Positions 34,311 through 46,251 of a DNA stretch of 64,000 nt are shown here, piece after piece (position 1 is the first letter of the stretch; the number at the start of each line of letters is the position of its first letter). The DNA lies in the NCBI GenBank assembly GCA_030704615.1, contig CM060731.1, positions 32,798,001 through 32,862,000 of the forward strand, read 5' to 3'. The position numbers and the translations under genes are program-made. The DNA comes from Takakia lepidozioides (taxonomy: Eukaryota > Plantae > Bryophyta). A model generated the notes under the pieces. It was given only the letters and a program-made list of their open reading frames with translations, was not told where the DNA came from and searched no databases.

Positions 34311-37300
34311 ACAGATTTGGGAGAGGTGCAACATGCTTTAAGTTTTGCTGACATTGGCCTGTCTGATGATCCTGTAGATCAATTGCATCTCTTGGCACAA
34401 TCCGTGAGGTCAGCCCCCTCACTCCTGCACAATCTGCTCATCTTGACCAGGTCATGACTGATATCAAAATGAGCTCTAGTCTCACTAACAATGAAAGGTC
34501 TCGTCTATATCATGTTATTCGTGACAATCTTTGTTTTCAGTGCTGGTTCTCATGACTTGGGTCGTACCGATGTTCTCCATCATGACATTGTCACTGAGGG
34601 TAGCCCTGTCAAATAATATGCTTATAGAGAAAGCGTCAAAGAGCGTGAAATTATGCAAACCGAACTGACCAAGATGCTTGATGCAGGAGTTATTAAACCC
34701 TCTATTTCCCCCTAGGCCAACCCCATCGTATTGGTTGCCAAGAAAGATGGTACCACCCGTTTCTGTGTTGATTTCCGACGTCTTAATGACATAACCAAAA
34801 AGGATTTATATCCCTTACCTCGCATTAATGATACTTTGGATCAACTCAATGGTGCCACTCTCTTCTCTTCCTTGGATCTCGCTGCGGGCTTTTGGCAGGT
34901 TCCACTCACAAAGTCAGCCAAGGAGAAAACTGTGTTCACCTGTAAGATGGGCCTCTTTCAGTTTGAAACCATGCCTTTTGGATTATGTAATACCACTGCC
35001 ACCTTTTCACGTCTCATGGATGTCGTTCTAGGGAACTTGCGCTGGGAATGTGCCTTGGTATATGTTGATGACATCAACGTTTACTCAGCTGACTTTGATT
35101 CTCACATGCTGGATCTGAAGCGAGTTTTGTGCAAGCTTAGGGGAGCAGGCCTCAAAGTGAAAGCCAAGAAATGTGATCTGTGCATGACGGAGCTTCATTT
35201 TCTTGGCCACCTTCTCTCAGCTAAAGGCATTAGCCCTGACCTTGCCAAAATTCAGGCTGTCTGGGAATATCCCACTCCACGTGACAAAAATTGTGTCAGT
35301 GCTTTCCTTGGGTTAGCCTCTTACTATCATCGTTTCATTAAACACTTTGTTCACATTGCCACTGCGCTTAATCAGTTGTTGTGCAAAGATGTTCGCTTTC
35401 TTTGGAGCTGGTCCCAAATCACTGCTTTTGAGAAACTCAAAATAGCCCTCATCAGTGCACCCATTCTGGTCTTTCCTGATTTTTCACTACCCTTTATTCT
35501 TCAGACTGATGCCTCTGACCTGGCTGTTTCCACTATTCTATGCCAAAAGAGAGACAGCAGGGAACATGTGGTGGCCTATGCTTCCAGGCGGCTTGACAAA
35601 CATGAAAAGAACTATAGCATCACTGATAAAGAGGGCCTTGCAGTCATTTTTGGGGTGAAACACTTCAGGCAGTATCTCCATGGCTGCCCCTTTGTTATTC
35701 AGACTGATCATCTTCCATTGAAGGCTCTCAAAACCCCACGAGCACTCTCGGGACGCTTGGCTCGGTGGTCACTTACTCTTCAAATGTTCGAGTACGACAT
35801 TGAGTACAAGAAAGACAAAGCCAACAGCAATGCCGATGCTCTCACACACATTGAGACTAAGTCCTCTGCCCCTTATGTTACCTTAGATGACCTTGCACAC
35901 TGCTTACCATCTGGTGCTTCACCCTTGCCTTCTTCCTCTCCTGACGGATCTGATTTATTTGTTTTGTTTGCTACTGTTCCTTTTCTTCCACCTGATCTCA
36001 TGTCTGAATGGGATTTGTTTTTTTTTTCTACTGGTTGAGATTGGTTTAGAGTGTTGTTTCTCCTTCTAGTTCTGGTTTTGGCACTGAATCCTCTCCATAG
36101 GGATATCTGCTTATGTGCTTCATTGTCCTTGGTTGCATCTTCATGTAGTCTCCCTTGTCATTCGGTTGAGCTAAAAGCCTTCCCATGGAGATCACTGAGG
36201 CGGACACTCCGTTATGCTCACACTAACCCAAGGGCTGGCTATGACAGCTGCAACCATGGAGGACCTACTTCATCAAGCCCTCCTCCAGAAGTGTAAGACC
36301 AACACTCATCTGTCGGGCCTCTCTTCGCGTCTGCTCAGGCAAGTCAGCTATCATCTCCCCTCTCATAGGGAGCATGGAGGTAAGTTGCTTAAGGTAGTTT
36401 ATGTTCATGGGCAAGAGACTGCCGTGGAGGTCCCTACTAGGAGCTCTATGCCTGCATTGCTTGAGCTTTACCATTGCTCACTATATGCTGGTCATTTAGG
36501 CATTGACAAAACTGTCAAACGACTCCAGGAAATGTACCATAGGAAGGGGTTAACTAAGGATGTGGCAAATTTCATTTCTAAGTGTGTTCCATGTAAGTCC
36601 AAAACACTGCTGCCTAGAACCAGAGCTCCTCTTAAATTACAACCAATTCCGGTGACTGAGATGTTTGCCCGAGTTGGTCTTGATCTTGTTGGACCCCTCA
36701 AAACTACGACTAAGGGAAATAGCTACATTGGTGTGGCTACTGATTACCTGTCTAAGTGGGTTGAGATCCGACCATTGGTTGCTAAGGACAGTGTCGAGGT
36801 GGTTCAATTCTTCTTTGATGAAATCCTGCTACGCCATGGTTGTCCCCTTGAAATTTTAACTGTGATCAGGGTACAACGTTTTGCAACCAGCTGATGGAGG
36901 TTGTGTGCTTTAATTTAGATGTCAAGCATCGCTTGACTACTCCCTACAACCCCCAGTGCAACGGGCTTACAGAGAGGTTCAACAAAACCATGTGCCAGTT
37001 GTTAGAAAAGAACGGGGCTCTCACTGAAGAATGGGATGTTACTCTACCCATTCTCATATTTGCCTACATGACCTTGGTACATGCCAGCACTCGCTTTCTC
37101 CTTTTGAATTATTATATGGGCGCAAGGCTCGCACCCCTCTTCATGTCCCTATGCTTCAGACTCAGGTTGAGGAGCCCATCATATGAGAAGAATTTCTTCT
37201 CACCTCACTTCTCATCGTTTGCGTTTATTAGAGACTGCTAAACACAACATTCAAGTTGCTCAGCTAGAAATTATAACCGTAGGGTTGTTTACTCTGAAAT

Positions 37301-37867
37301 TTTTTCTCTACGCCAGACTGTTTATGTCGGTTGCAGCCTGGCAAACAGGTCACCAAGTCCAAGATGCGGATCGATGGGCCTTATCTGATTCATGCGATTT
37401 TGTCTAGTCGACAATACCGTCTCCTTCCTCAACATCCTTCTACGGCGGAGATTGCAGGGACTATTCATGTTTCCCAACTTGTCCTTTCAAAGCTGCAGTT
37501 TGATTTGACCTGCCTCAACGTGGAGAATCGTCATGTGGTTTTAACTCCCAAGAAGCGTGCTCGGCTTGATTCTGCTTCAGTTGCTACCTAGCCTTACTCG
37601 TGACACTTTATTTTATTCCACTGCTCCCTACCTAGGATCCATCTCATTTCTCTTTGTAGTTCTCCAGGTTGCACACCTCACAAGATAGGGTTTTTTCCCT
37701 ACAAGGTTTTGTCCTTCGCTCAAATTGCAGAGCAAGGTTTTCTTTGTTGCGGTTTTTTCATCCTATCTTGGTGTGACCTTGAGCGACACTAATCCCTGTC
37801 TTGAGCATAGTGTTTGTTAGCTGGCTCGCTGGAGCTTGCTTCTTTGTGTGCCAGGAGGCTTTACATA

Positions 37868-38378
37868 TGTAATGGCTAGATTCCCTCTATCTACCTTTTC
37901 GGCATTTGGATGGACAGACGCTGGATGATGACCGTTGGAAAAGGACATGGATGAAACCAGCTGGAAACAATCTATTTTTAAACTAAGTATTGTCTTATAT
38001 TAATAGCTAGCTTATATCTAAGATAGAATGAGGTGACGTCCTATCTGGACAGACACCCGGCTCGAATCGAAATAACCAATCAGGGCTTGCAATTTGTGGG
38101 ATGAGATTGTGGGCCTTCGTTTATAAAATTGATGAGCACGACGCTTAAGGCGGCTATGCACGTTTGGTGTGTAAACCCTAGTGTACCTGTGTGGAAGGTT
38201 TGGAAGGTTTGGAAGAAGAAGGTGTGAGTGAGGGTACTCCTAACCCACGTGAATCTAACTCCTCTCCGTTGGATCCTGCCTATCTTGCTAGCCTGCTTTA
38301 CCGAGCACACATCCCCGTGATAGCTCAATACCCGTAGAGGAAGAGGAATAACGGGGTAGGCGAGAATCTGGCTTTACA
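37868..38378 (+). repeat. 3' LTR
   Basis: TGTAATGGCTAG...GAATCTGGCTTTACA; homologous to 30483-30983. Confidence 0.95.
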
Positions 38379-38820
38379 GTCCTGTTTTCTAAAAAATAAA
38401 AATAAAAAAAATAAAAAAATCTACTTCCCAGTTTATAAATCGGGCGGAAAATCGCCAGATGTGTCCACCTGGAAAGTGGGTTAGCTACTTTTACGATGGA
38501 ATGATGGGAGTAAAAATTAAGAAACTTGCCGGAAAGCGCCAATGATTAAATATCAGAAGCCAGATTTTCCCTACGTGGACCTGTTAAAATGTGACACCTG
38601 TTATATAGACACTTTTCTAACCCTGCCACCTCGTTACGTGAGCACTGGGTAGATTCACATGTGGCGATTTTGGAAAAGTGAAAAAAAAAACACTGCTAGT
38701 ACTTGCTCACATCTGTACATCATCATATACAAGCCTTTGAGGAGGCTGATAGAATGTGAACTGAATTTAGTGCTCTTGGTGTCCAATGACTCAAATTTCT
38801 TGAACCTCCAAAATCACAAT

Positions 38821-38992
38821 AATAACATATGACGCCGCCTCCCTAAGGAATCGTAAATTAAGGTGACCTCAAAGGGCTACTGCCTTCCGGCAGAAAGGTG
38901 GACACCTTTGTGACACCAATCCGTGGATTGAACCTACAACCACTTCCGAGGTGGTATGTGCCCATTACCAGTTGGCTACAACTTGGTTGTCG
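38821..38992 (-). mobile_element. tRNA-derived SINE (~172 bp) with 15-bp target-site duplication
   Basis: The minus strand has an A-box-like TAGCCAACTGG and a B-box GGTTCAATCC. Exact flanking direct repeats CTCCAAAATCACAAT lie at 38806-38820 and 38993-39007, with a short TTA tail. Confidence 0.85.
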
Positions 38993-39034
38993 CTCCAAAA
39001 TCACAATGTAGAGCTCCTGGTGGCCCAACCCTTT

Positions 39035-42000
39035 TCAAGACTTAATATATCGAATGCCAATGTAAGCAACCATCCGAGTGAAGAGAATGTAGAAAACAAG
39101 GATAGCAGCACAAGGCCCAATTTGCAGGTAGCCAAGACCCAAGCTGTCAATGGTCTGTTGACCGCTTGTGACAGAGCAAGCTCCGTTTACCAGCTCTGAA
39201 CTCAAACACGAAATCTCCAATCCATGCAATTCATTGAGGGAAATGGCAGTGTATGTGTACTTGACGTAGCTGAGGGCGTCCAGCCATGCAAAGTAGCGAG
39301 GCAGGTTCTTGGGTGACAGGAAAAAACCCCCAAAGAGACGATTCACTTCCAGGGCCATGGGCAGCACGGTGACGGAGAGGTCTGTAGTCCGGCACAGCGC
39401 GGATGTCATGAGGGCCAGGGACGTGGCCGAGAGCTGACACAACACCATGAAACATACAAAGATGAAAAATTTGCTGGCCGAATGCTGGAATCCCACCATC
39501 CAGTAGACCACGCACGAGAAGATTATGGGGGAGATCACTTGCACTGCCGTCTCTGCTGTGATCTGTGCCAACCAACATTCCACTGCTTCAGTGAGCCTGC
39601 AGCGGGTGGGAAATTTATGAGTGAAGGGAAAGAATGAGGTTACGATTGTCAAATATGTCTAATCCGGCCGGGCTTCTTAAAGCATTTTGCTCTCTAGACT
39701 CTCACGTCCTATATAAACGCTCTCCCTGTTTCACAGAGACATCGGAGAGAGCTCTAGACCTCGCCGATTTGTGGGTTTTCTGCGACTCACCTTGGCCATG
39801 AAATAAGCGGAGCAATAATACATCCCAGCAGCCCTTTCTCTCAAAACAAGCACTCGCTCGCTGGGGAACGAGTTGATAACAGTCAAGGCGCCAAACACGC
39901 CTTGGTTGATGACGCAAAAGAACAGCACAGGCTGCCGCCGAACTGTAGAGCGCTCCGTCCGCCCAATTTGGTAGAAAACTCCTCCGATCAGGAGTGCCAT
40001 GGCTGCACTTTGAAATAGCTGGGTGAGCAACACATTTTTCTTGCGAATTTGCTCCTTGTACCCGCGGTTGAGTAGGACTAGGTACTGGCGGTGCCATGGC
40101 ATTCGCTCGCGGTCTGTTTGTATTGGCCTATCTGACCCTCGGTTGAGGTTCACCTGGAACCAGCAATCAGACTGTCTTAAAAAGCAGGCCTCCCTCCTTT
40201 TCTTATGATCACTTTTACAATCTGACAAGTAGGTTCAAGGCAACACTGCATAAGGTTTTGTCGAGTAGGTTCTATAATCGCCTCTGCTTCTATATGTTAT
40301 GTACATACCGTCTCGTTAAATTCATATATATACTCCAAAGAATTCGAGTCGAACTATCTGAGTCCACTCTCAGATTGCTTTTCTAATCCAAAACTCGGAC
40401 AGATTCTCTTTTCTTCAATGCTTCTAGAAATGATCATATGCAACTGATTTGGACCACAATTAATTGGTAGCAATGTGCCTTTGATCGGGATGCACCAAGT
40501 ACAATGAGGGAGGAATGAGGGGATGTATGTTCAGCTCATAACTTCAAACGTGAGGCTAGAGCAGGGCGCAGCTTACCGGTTTCGAACTCAAAGTCGAGAA
40601 ACGGGCCCTCAACACCTCATCGACCTCTTTGAGACTGTCTCTGGGCTTGTGGATAGAGGGAGTGATGACATCTAGAAAATGATCCGCTGGATTTGTGTAC
40701 TCAGGGCAAGGGAACCCCGAATCCTCAAAAAACTTCAGAACTTCAGAAGCCTTACCTTGGTAGATCACCTGCACCTCTTCCCATATATGATCTTTTAAGT
40801 ATAGTTGTCACACGGAATCCATGTACATACTGTTAATTATTTACGTCCCACATATCCAGGGACAATGTAATCCACAGACAACTTATAAATGTAGAACCAC
40901 CCACTGATCGGTAGAGCGTCTTTATTGATTCAAGGGGCCCGGTTTATGTCCAGAGGAGAAAACAAGTTACATGATCATAACTGTACTGCTAGAATCATAC
41001 CTGGCCAGCTTTGAGAATGATAAGGTACTGAAATAAATTGAATATCTTGGCCTGTGGCTGGTGGATAGTGCAAACGATGGTGCAGTGTGCTTGGTCCGCC
41101 AGTTTACGCAACTGTAAGCATAGCGATAAGGACGTCACACTATCTAGACCTGCAAAATACGGCAGATTGAAGTACTTCAAGTTCTTGTTTTCAAATATCA
41201 CCTGCCTACTCCTATCAGCACTTTGATACAGTCCCACATGCAATAAACTGCTGCCACTATGATGGACTTTATGGTCACTGCATAAGAGAGTCATAATCAA
41301 AGCTTATATTAGAGATTAATCTCACTGGATTATTTAGAGGCCCAATATAGAGCACCAAAGTTACCATATCAAACTACCGTTATATAGAACGCATGCATCT
41401 AACATGACCAGTCTTGGCACTTCCACTTGAAAGTGTGTCCTACTTTTCTAGAGGGATTGATACTCTAAATTTTTTGGGCCTTTTGCCAATAGATTCAAGA
41501 TTGAAATGTCCAGAAAGCTTACCGAAAACTTCCTTATAACTTAGCCTTGATGGATAGCCAAGCAATCTGAGAGTTCAATGAGTGTTTTTATGCAGGCAGA
41601 TATATTACACTACTGAAATCTTGGAGGGTGAAGAAGTCAATAATCAACCCTTGAACTTGAATGGCGTGATTTTGTTCAGCATGCAACTCTGAGTGGATTC
41701 AAGATCATTCATGTCTTGGCTTGGACAGCAGCTAGAATGGTCTAGAAAATTTAGTTGTCCAAACCCCCCCCAAGTTCACTGATGTAAGTATTTTTAGCTC
41801 AAATGCAGAGGGTATGAGGTTGCAGAGAGAGAAGGATGGGTGTTCAAAAGTGTCAACTGGAATTTACCTGAGGTGGGTTCATCCAGAAAGAGTAGTTGGG
41901 GCCGGGTAAGCAGTTCCATACCAACACACACTCTTTTTCTCTCGCCCCCACTTATACCTCTTCTGAGTGGGCTTCCTATCACCGTCTTTCGACATTGCTC

Positions 42001-44528
42001 CAACCCCATCTACACACATGTATCCAAAATACAATGCTCGGGACCAGAATTTTTTAATGATTCTTGTTTATTCACATGTGAATCAGGACATTAATTTAGG
42101 AAAGTCGTTCGAAATCTTGATCAACACTCGAACATTCGTACCACAGGTGTGCGAGAGTTGTGCACGATTGTCTAAAGCAAGAATCTATGGTCGGCACTGC
42201 TACTTGTTGATTCCTTATTAGGATATGTATACACATCTATGGGAGATCTATGGAACCGAAGGGTCACAAGGTGATGAATTCTCTGGTCGACAAACTTAGA
42301 CCATCTACTGCTCTCCACAGACACTAAGGATGTAGGAGCCCAGTTCGATCTAACAATAAAATTTCTCTAGACGCTTCAAACGGGTGCAAGTAATTTACCT
42401 GTCTGACTACTTCGTTGACACGTTTCATCAACTGAGATTCCGTCAGTGAAGGCTCCAACCTCAACTTGGAAGTGTACAATAAAGTTTCTTCGACTGTCAG
42501 ATGTGCATTGAGCAGGTCATCTTGCATGACATAGCATGATATCTTCTTCAGATCGTTGTTTGTGTATACTCTTCCATTGAGACGCATTTGCCCTGTTACA
42601 GTGGCGGCCTTGTCCATACGACAGGCCAGTGTGTTCAATAATGTCGTCTTGCCTGATCCACTGGGACCCATGATTGCCGTGAAGCCACCAATCACTTGCC
42701 CGTTCAAGTTGTCCAACAGCAGTATTTTCTCATCCCTGCAAGCTTTTAGATTATGAAGGAAACTTAACCTCAAGTGCACAAGCCCAGAAAGCATCAATGA
42801 CAAAAACTGAGTTCAGCAAATTAGTGCAGAGTCCGAGAGAATTTCAAAATCATGAACTATGCTACGTTGAATCAAAACTATTTAACCAAAATGTGTGAAG
42901 CTCGAACGATTTGAATCTTCAGCAAACGAAACTGACCTTCAATCTCTTTAAGTTAGATTTGCTGGGCGGATTGGAATGCAATCTAACCTCGATGTGACGG
43001 TGAGGCCCTCCCAAGACAACACAACACCTTTTGTCTCTTTCCAGCTTCTCCGCCTTTCAATCGGACTCCTTGCAGACTGGGCTCCTCCGTAAGCTTCTGG
43101 AGATCTGGAGCTTGGGGACGGTTTGGGGCGCGAGCCGGGCGAGGGAGGAACCCTTCTACTACCATCTGTACTGGAATGATCAACACCTGGGCTTCTAATG
43201 GCCGGGGGGGCGCTTGCGCTCCGTTCCCGACTGTCGCCCGGGGCTACATGTTGTTGACTGGTTGGAGTGCGAGTCTCAGCATCTGACAATTTTCCGAACG
43301 AAGATTGTGAGGGTGGTGAAATCCTTGATCCAGGAGTATCTATATCAAGAATAGTTTCTGCGTGCCGTGGAGACGAAGGAAGTGGGGTTGGGGAGGTCTT
43401 GGTTTCCCTCAAATCCACGCGGAATTTTTTCGGATCAGAAGTAGACCGTGGACTACTTGAAGGTGAGGAGGAGTACAAAGGATCCCGGGCATGAGAAGAT
43501 GGGACAGGAGCCCAAGACTGACGGGGAGCGTTTAAGGATGGAAACATCTGAGGGTGAATAGGGGTTGAGGAGGTAATCTTGTTCGGGTTGTCGACAGGGT
43601 ACTCTTCAGCTGAACGTCTTGCACTTGTACTTGCAGTACATCTTGGACAAGGAGTTAGCGGTATAGTATCAGGATTGCAATCGACAAGAAGGGAGTTCGG
43701 AGCTCGATGACCGCATAAATACTGTTGAGGTCTTGCATCAGGGGTGCGTCGCTTGCCGCTTAGAAATTGGTCCTGCTTCGAAGGAGAAGATTGACCCGGC
43801 CTTGAGGCAGATGGTTCTGAACTTGAAGTGGACAACATGTCCATAGGGCTAGCGCTTGGCAGCAATCTCGGACTTGTGGGAGTATGACCTTCTGGATGCC
43901 TTGGACTTGATAAGCTGGCTCGGGGACTCAATCTTCTTTCCTCATTAGGAGGAGAAGAGATTTGTTGCTGTTTCAAGGAAGAGGTTTGCCCATCAACGGG
44001 GCGGGGCTTGAATGAAGTGGAGGGTTGTGAAGTTGGATTGGGCCAAGTGCCCCGTTCCCTAGGACTAGGCCTTCCTTGGCTTGGATCCGAGGGGTTTGAC
44101 AGCCATCTTGGACTTAATCGTTTCTGCCCTTCACTGACTCTGGGACTCACTTTTCTTTCCTCAGCAGGAGGACTCCGGGTTCGCTTGACACTCTTCAAAG
44201 GAGGTTCACCGAACTGGCTTGAACTAAAGCTTTCCTTGCCAGGGCTAGGTCGCGATTCTGGGCTTGGATCCAGTGCGCTTAACAGCAATCCCGCATGTGC
44301 GGGGTTTTGATCTTCTGCATTCCGTGGACTGGACAAAGCTTTGGGACTCGCTCTCTTATTGTCAGCAGGAGGTATTGAGGCTTGAGCATAAGAACGTGTC
44401 GCCATACCCGTAGAGGAAGCTGCACCATCATCGCACTCTGGCTCTTTCTTATTCAATGGGCTATCTGTCTGGCCCTCGTTTGGTGTCTTCTTCTTCTTCC
44501 CTGCCATAGCTGTGAGAAGGGTCTCCAT
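39035..44528 (-). CDS. ABCG (WBC) half-size transporter with long disordered N-terminus; 7 exons (44528-42988, 42735-42399, 42009-41868, 41149-41001, 40768-40577, 40153-39791, 39562-39035), ~1080 aa
   Basis: Walker [11 protein letters not shown]-loop YVMQDD, signature ISGGERKR, Walker [12 protein letters not shown]-loop TIHQP, NPADH and an ABC2 membrane domain. All introns are GT-AG with compatible phases. The exact start is uncertain. Confidence 0.92.
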
Positions 44529-44871
44529 TACTTACATGAGACGACCATGGGTTTTCTAGAATGGCAGGGTAGGTCATGATTTGTAGATGGTCCAAATTCA
44601 AAGCAAGTTATGTGTGGTGTTGCAGATATTAGGGTCTCTGATCGGAGTGATTAACATACCTCAAGTTCTTGTTTGACTACTTGAAGAATATGACAGCTTG
44701 ACGAGCTCCATTTCAGTCAGTATACAGCTGGTTCTCAACTGCAACTGTTGCTGCACGGAGGAACAATCTCCATTAGATTGTAAGTGAGGGTAAAACTGGA
44801 CAGGCTGAGTTAGGGTTAACAGTTCACGAAGGAGAAAAAGCCACTACCATTCAAACTTCAAAACTCTTCGG

Positions 44872-45838
44872 ATCGATGATGCATTATATGAAACTTCTGT
44901 AATCTCCAAACATTACCCCGCGATGAAGTCGGTCTGCCTTCCTGTTGTTCGCAGTCCTAATTAAAGGTATTCCATATTCGTTTGTGCTCTCTCGACCTCT
45001 GAGAAGTGATGGGAAGACTGAACTTGCTCGACTTCTAACTTGCTCTTTCATCACATGCTTAGACATTCCCAACTCAGAAGTGGGCGGAGACAAATACACA
45101 CTTTCTTGGACAATTTTCTTCTGCCGCATGCTTCAAGATTGTCGATGGAGCTTTATATGAGACTTTTGTAATCTCCAAATATTACCCTGCGACAAAGTCG
45201 ATCTGCCTTCCTGTTGTTCGCAGTCCTAATTGAAGGCATGCCCTATTTGTTTGTGCTCTCTCGAGCTCTGAGAAGTGATGGGAAGATTGATCCATATCTT
45301 GCTCTTTCATCACATACGTAGACATTCCCAATTCGAAAGTGGGCGGAGACATATACACACTTTCTTGTACTATTTTCTTCTGCCGCATGCTTCAAGATTG
45401 TCGATGGAGCATTATATGAAAGTCGATTTGCCTTCCTGTTGTTCGCAGTCCTAATTGAAGGCATTCCATATTTGTTTGTGCTGCTCTCTCGAGCTCTGAG
45501 AAGTGATGGGAAGATTGAACCATATCTTGATCTTCAATCACATGCTTAAGACATTCCCAACTCGAGACAAATCTACACTTTCTTGAACTATTTTCTTCTG
45601 CCGCATGCTTCATGATTGTCAATGGAGCATTATATGAAACTTCTGTAATCTCCAAACATTACCCTGCGATAAAGTCGATCTGCCTTCCTGTTGTGCAGTC
45701 CTAATTGAAGGCATGCCATGTTTGTGATGGGAAGATTGAACCATAACTTGCTCTTTCATCACATGCTTAGACATTCCCAACTCGAAACAAAAACACACTT
45801 ACTTGAACTGTTTTCTTCTGCCGCGTGGATTGTCAATG
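44872..45838. repeat. Four-copy degenerate tandem repeat, unit ~215-270 bp
   Basis: Blocks CATTATATGAAAC, TGCCTTCCTGTTGTTCGCAGTCCTAATT, GTGATGGGAAGA, AGACATTCCCAA and TTTTCTTCTGCCGC recur in order four times (units start near 44873, 45140, 45400 and 45618). Confidence 0.92.
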
Positions 45839-46251
45839 TCTTTTCAACTTCTCCTTCCAATGAATCCACGCTCCCGTTATAGCTCATTTGCATCCACACT
45901 CAGCAATTCTTGCCTCGTATTCTGCCAACCCACAAGAGGAAGTTATAACTCACTGCCTCAAACCATCAAATTCCATTGGTCTTCAAAGGATCTTGGTGGT
46001 GAAGAAGAGGCGGGGTGGATCTACGTTGTGGGTTTGAACCCATGAGCACTGTGTGGATAGAGCACCCACGATGAAGGGTGGGCCTGGTGGATGAAACGAC
46101 GGGGTAACCTATGCAACGATGCTCGACAAGTTTGAGAGAGAATCAGAGTCAAGAATTTGATTGCTGAATGCGAGAAGAGCGGCCATCTAGGTGTGCTGGG
46201 TGTAACAACTAAGAATCGAAGAATTTGGGGAAGAGAGAGAGGTCTGGAAGA

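Larger units (their letters stand above)
30483..38378 (+). mobile_element. Full-length, degenerate Ty3/gypsy LTR retrotransposon (extra ORF - gag - PR - dUTPase-like - RT - RH - IN); TSD GTCC
   Basis: TG...CA termini with GTCC at 30479-30482 and 38379-38382. CCHC knuckle CFICGSLEHRTRFC at 33210-33251, protease FVDTGC, RT YVDD at 35061, RNase H LQTDASD..TDH, integrase HHCC + GLDLVGPL + NGLTERFN + GPY. No chromodomain was seen. Multiple stops and frameshifts. Confidence 0.95.

Noticed and set aside
38900-38992. Functional tRNA gene
   Set aside because: It has A/B boxes but I could not fold a cloverleaf. The TSD and unrelated 3' body indicate a SINE.
44872-45838. CRISPR-like array
   Set aside because: Eukaryotic context. 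Whole units are homologous with no unique spacers, and there are no cas genes.
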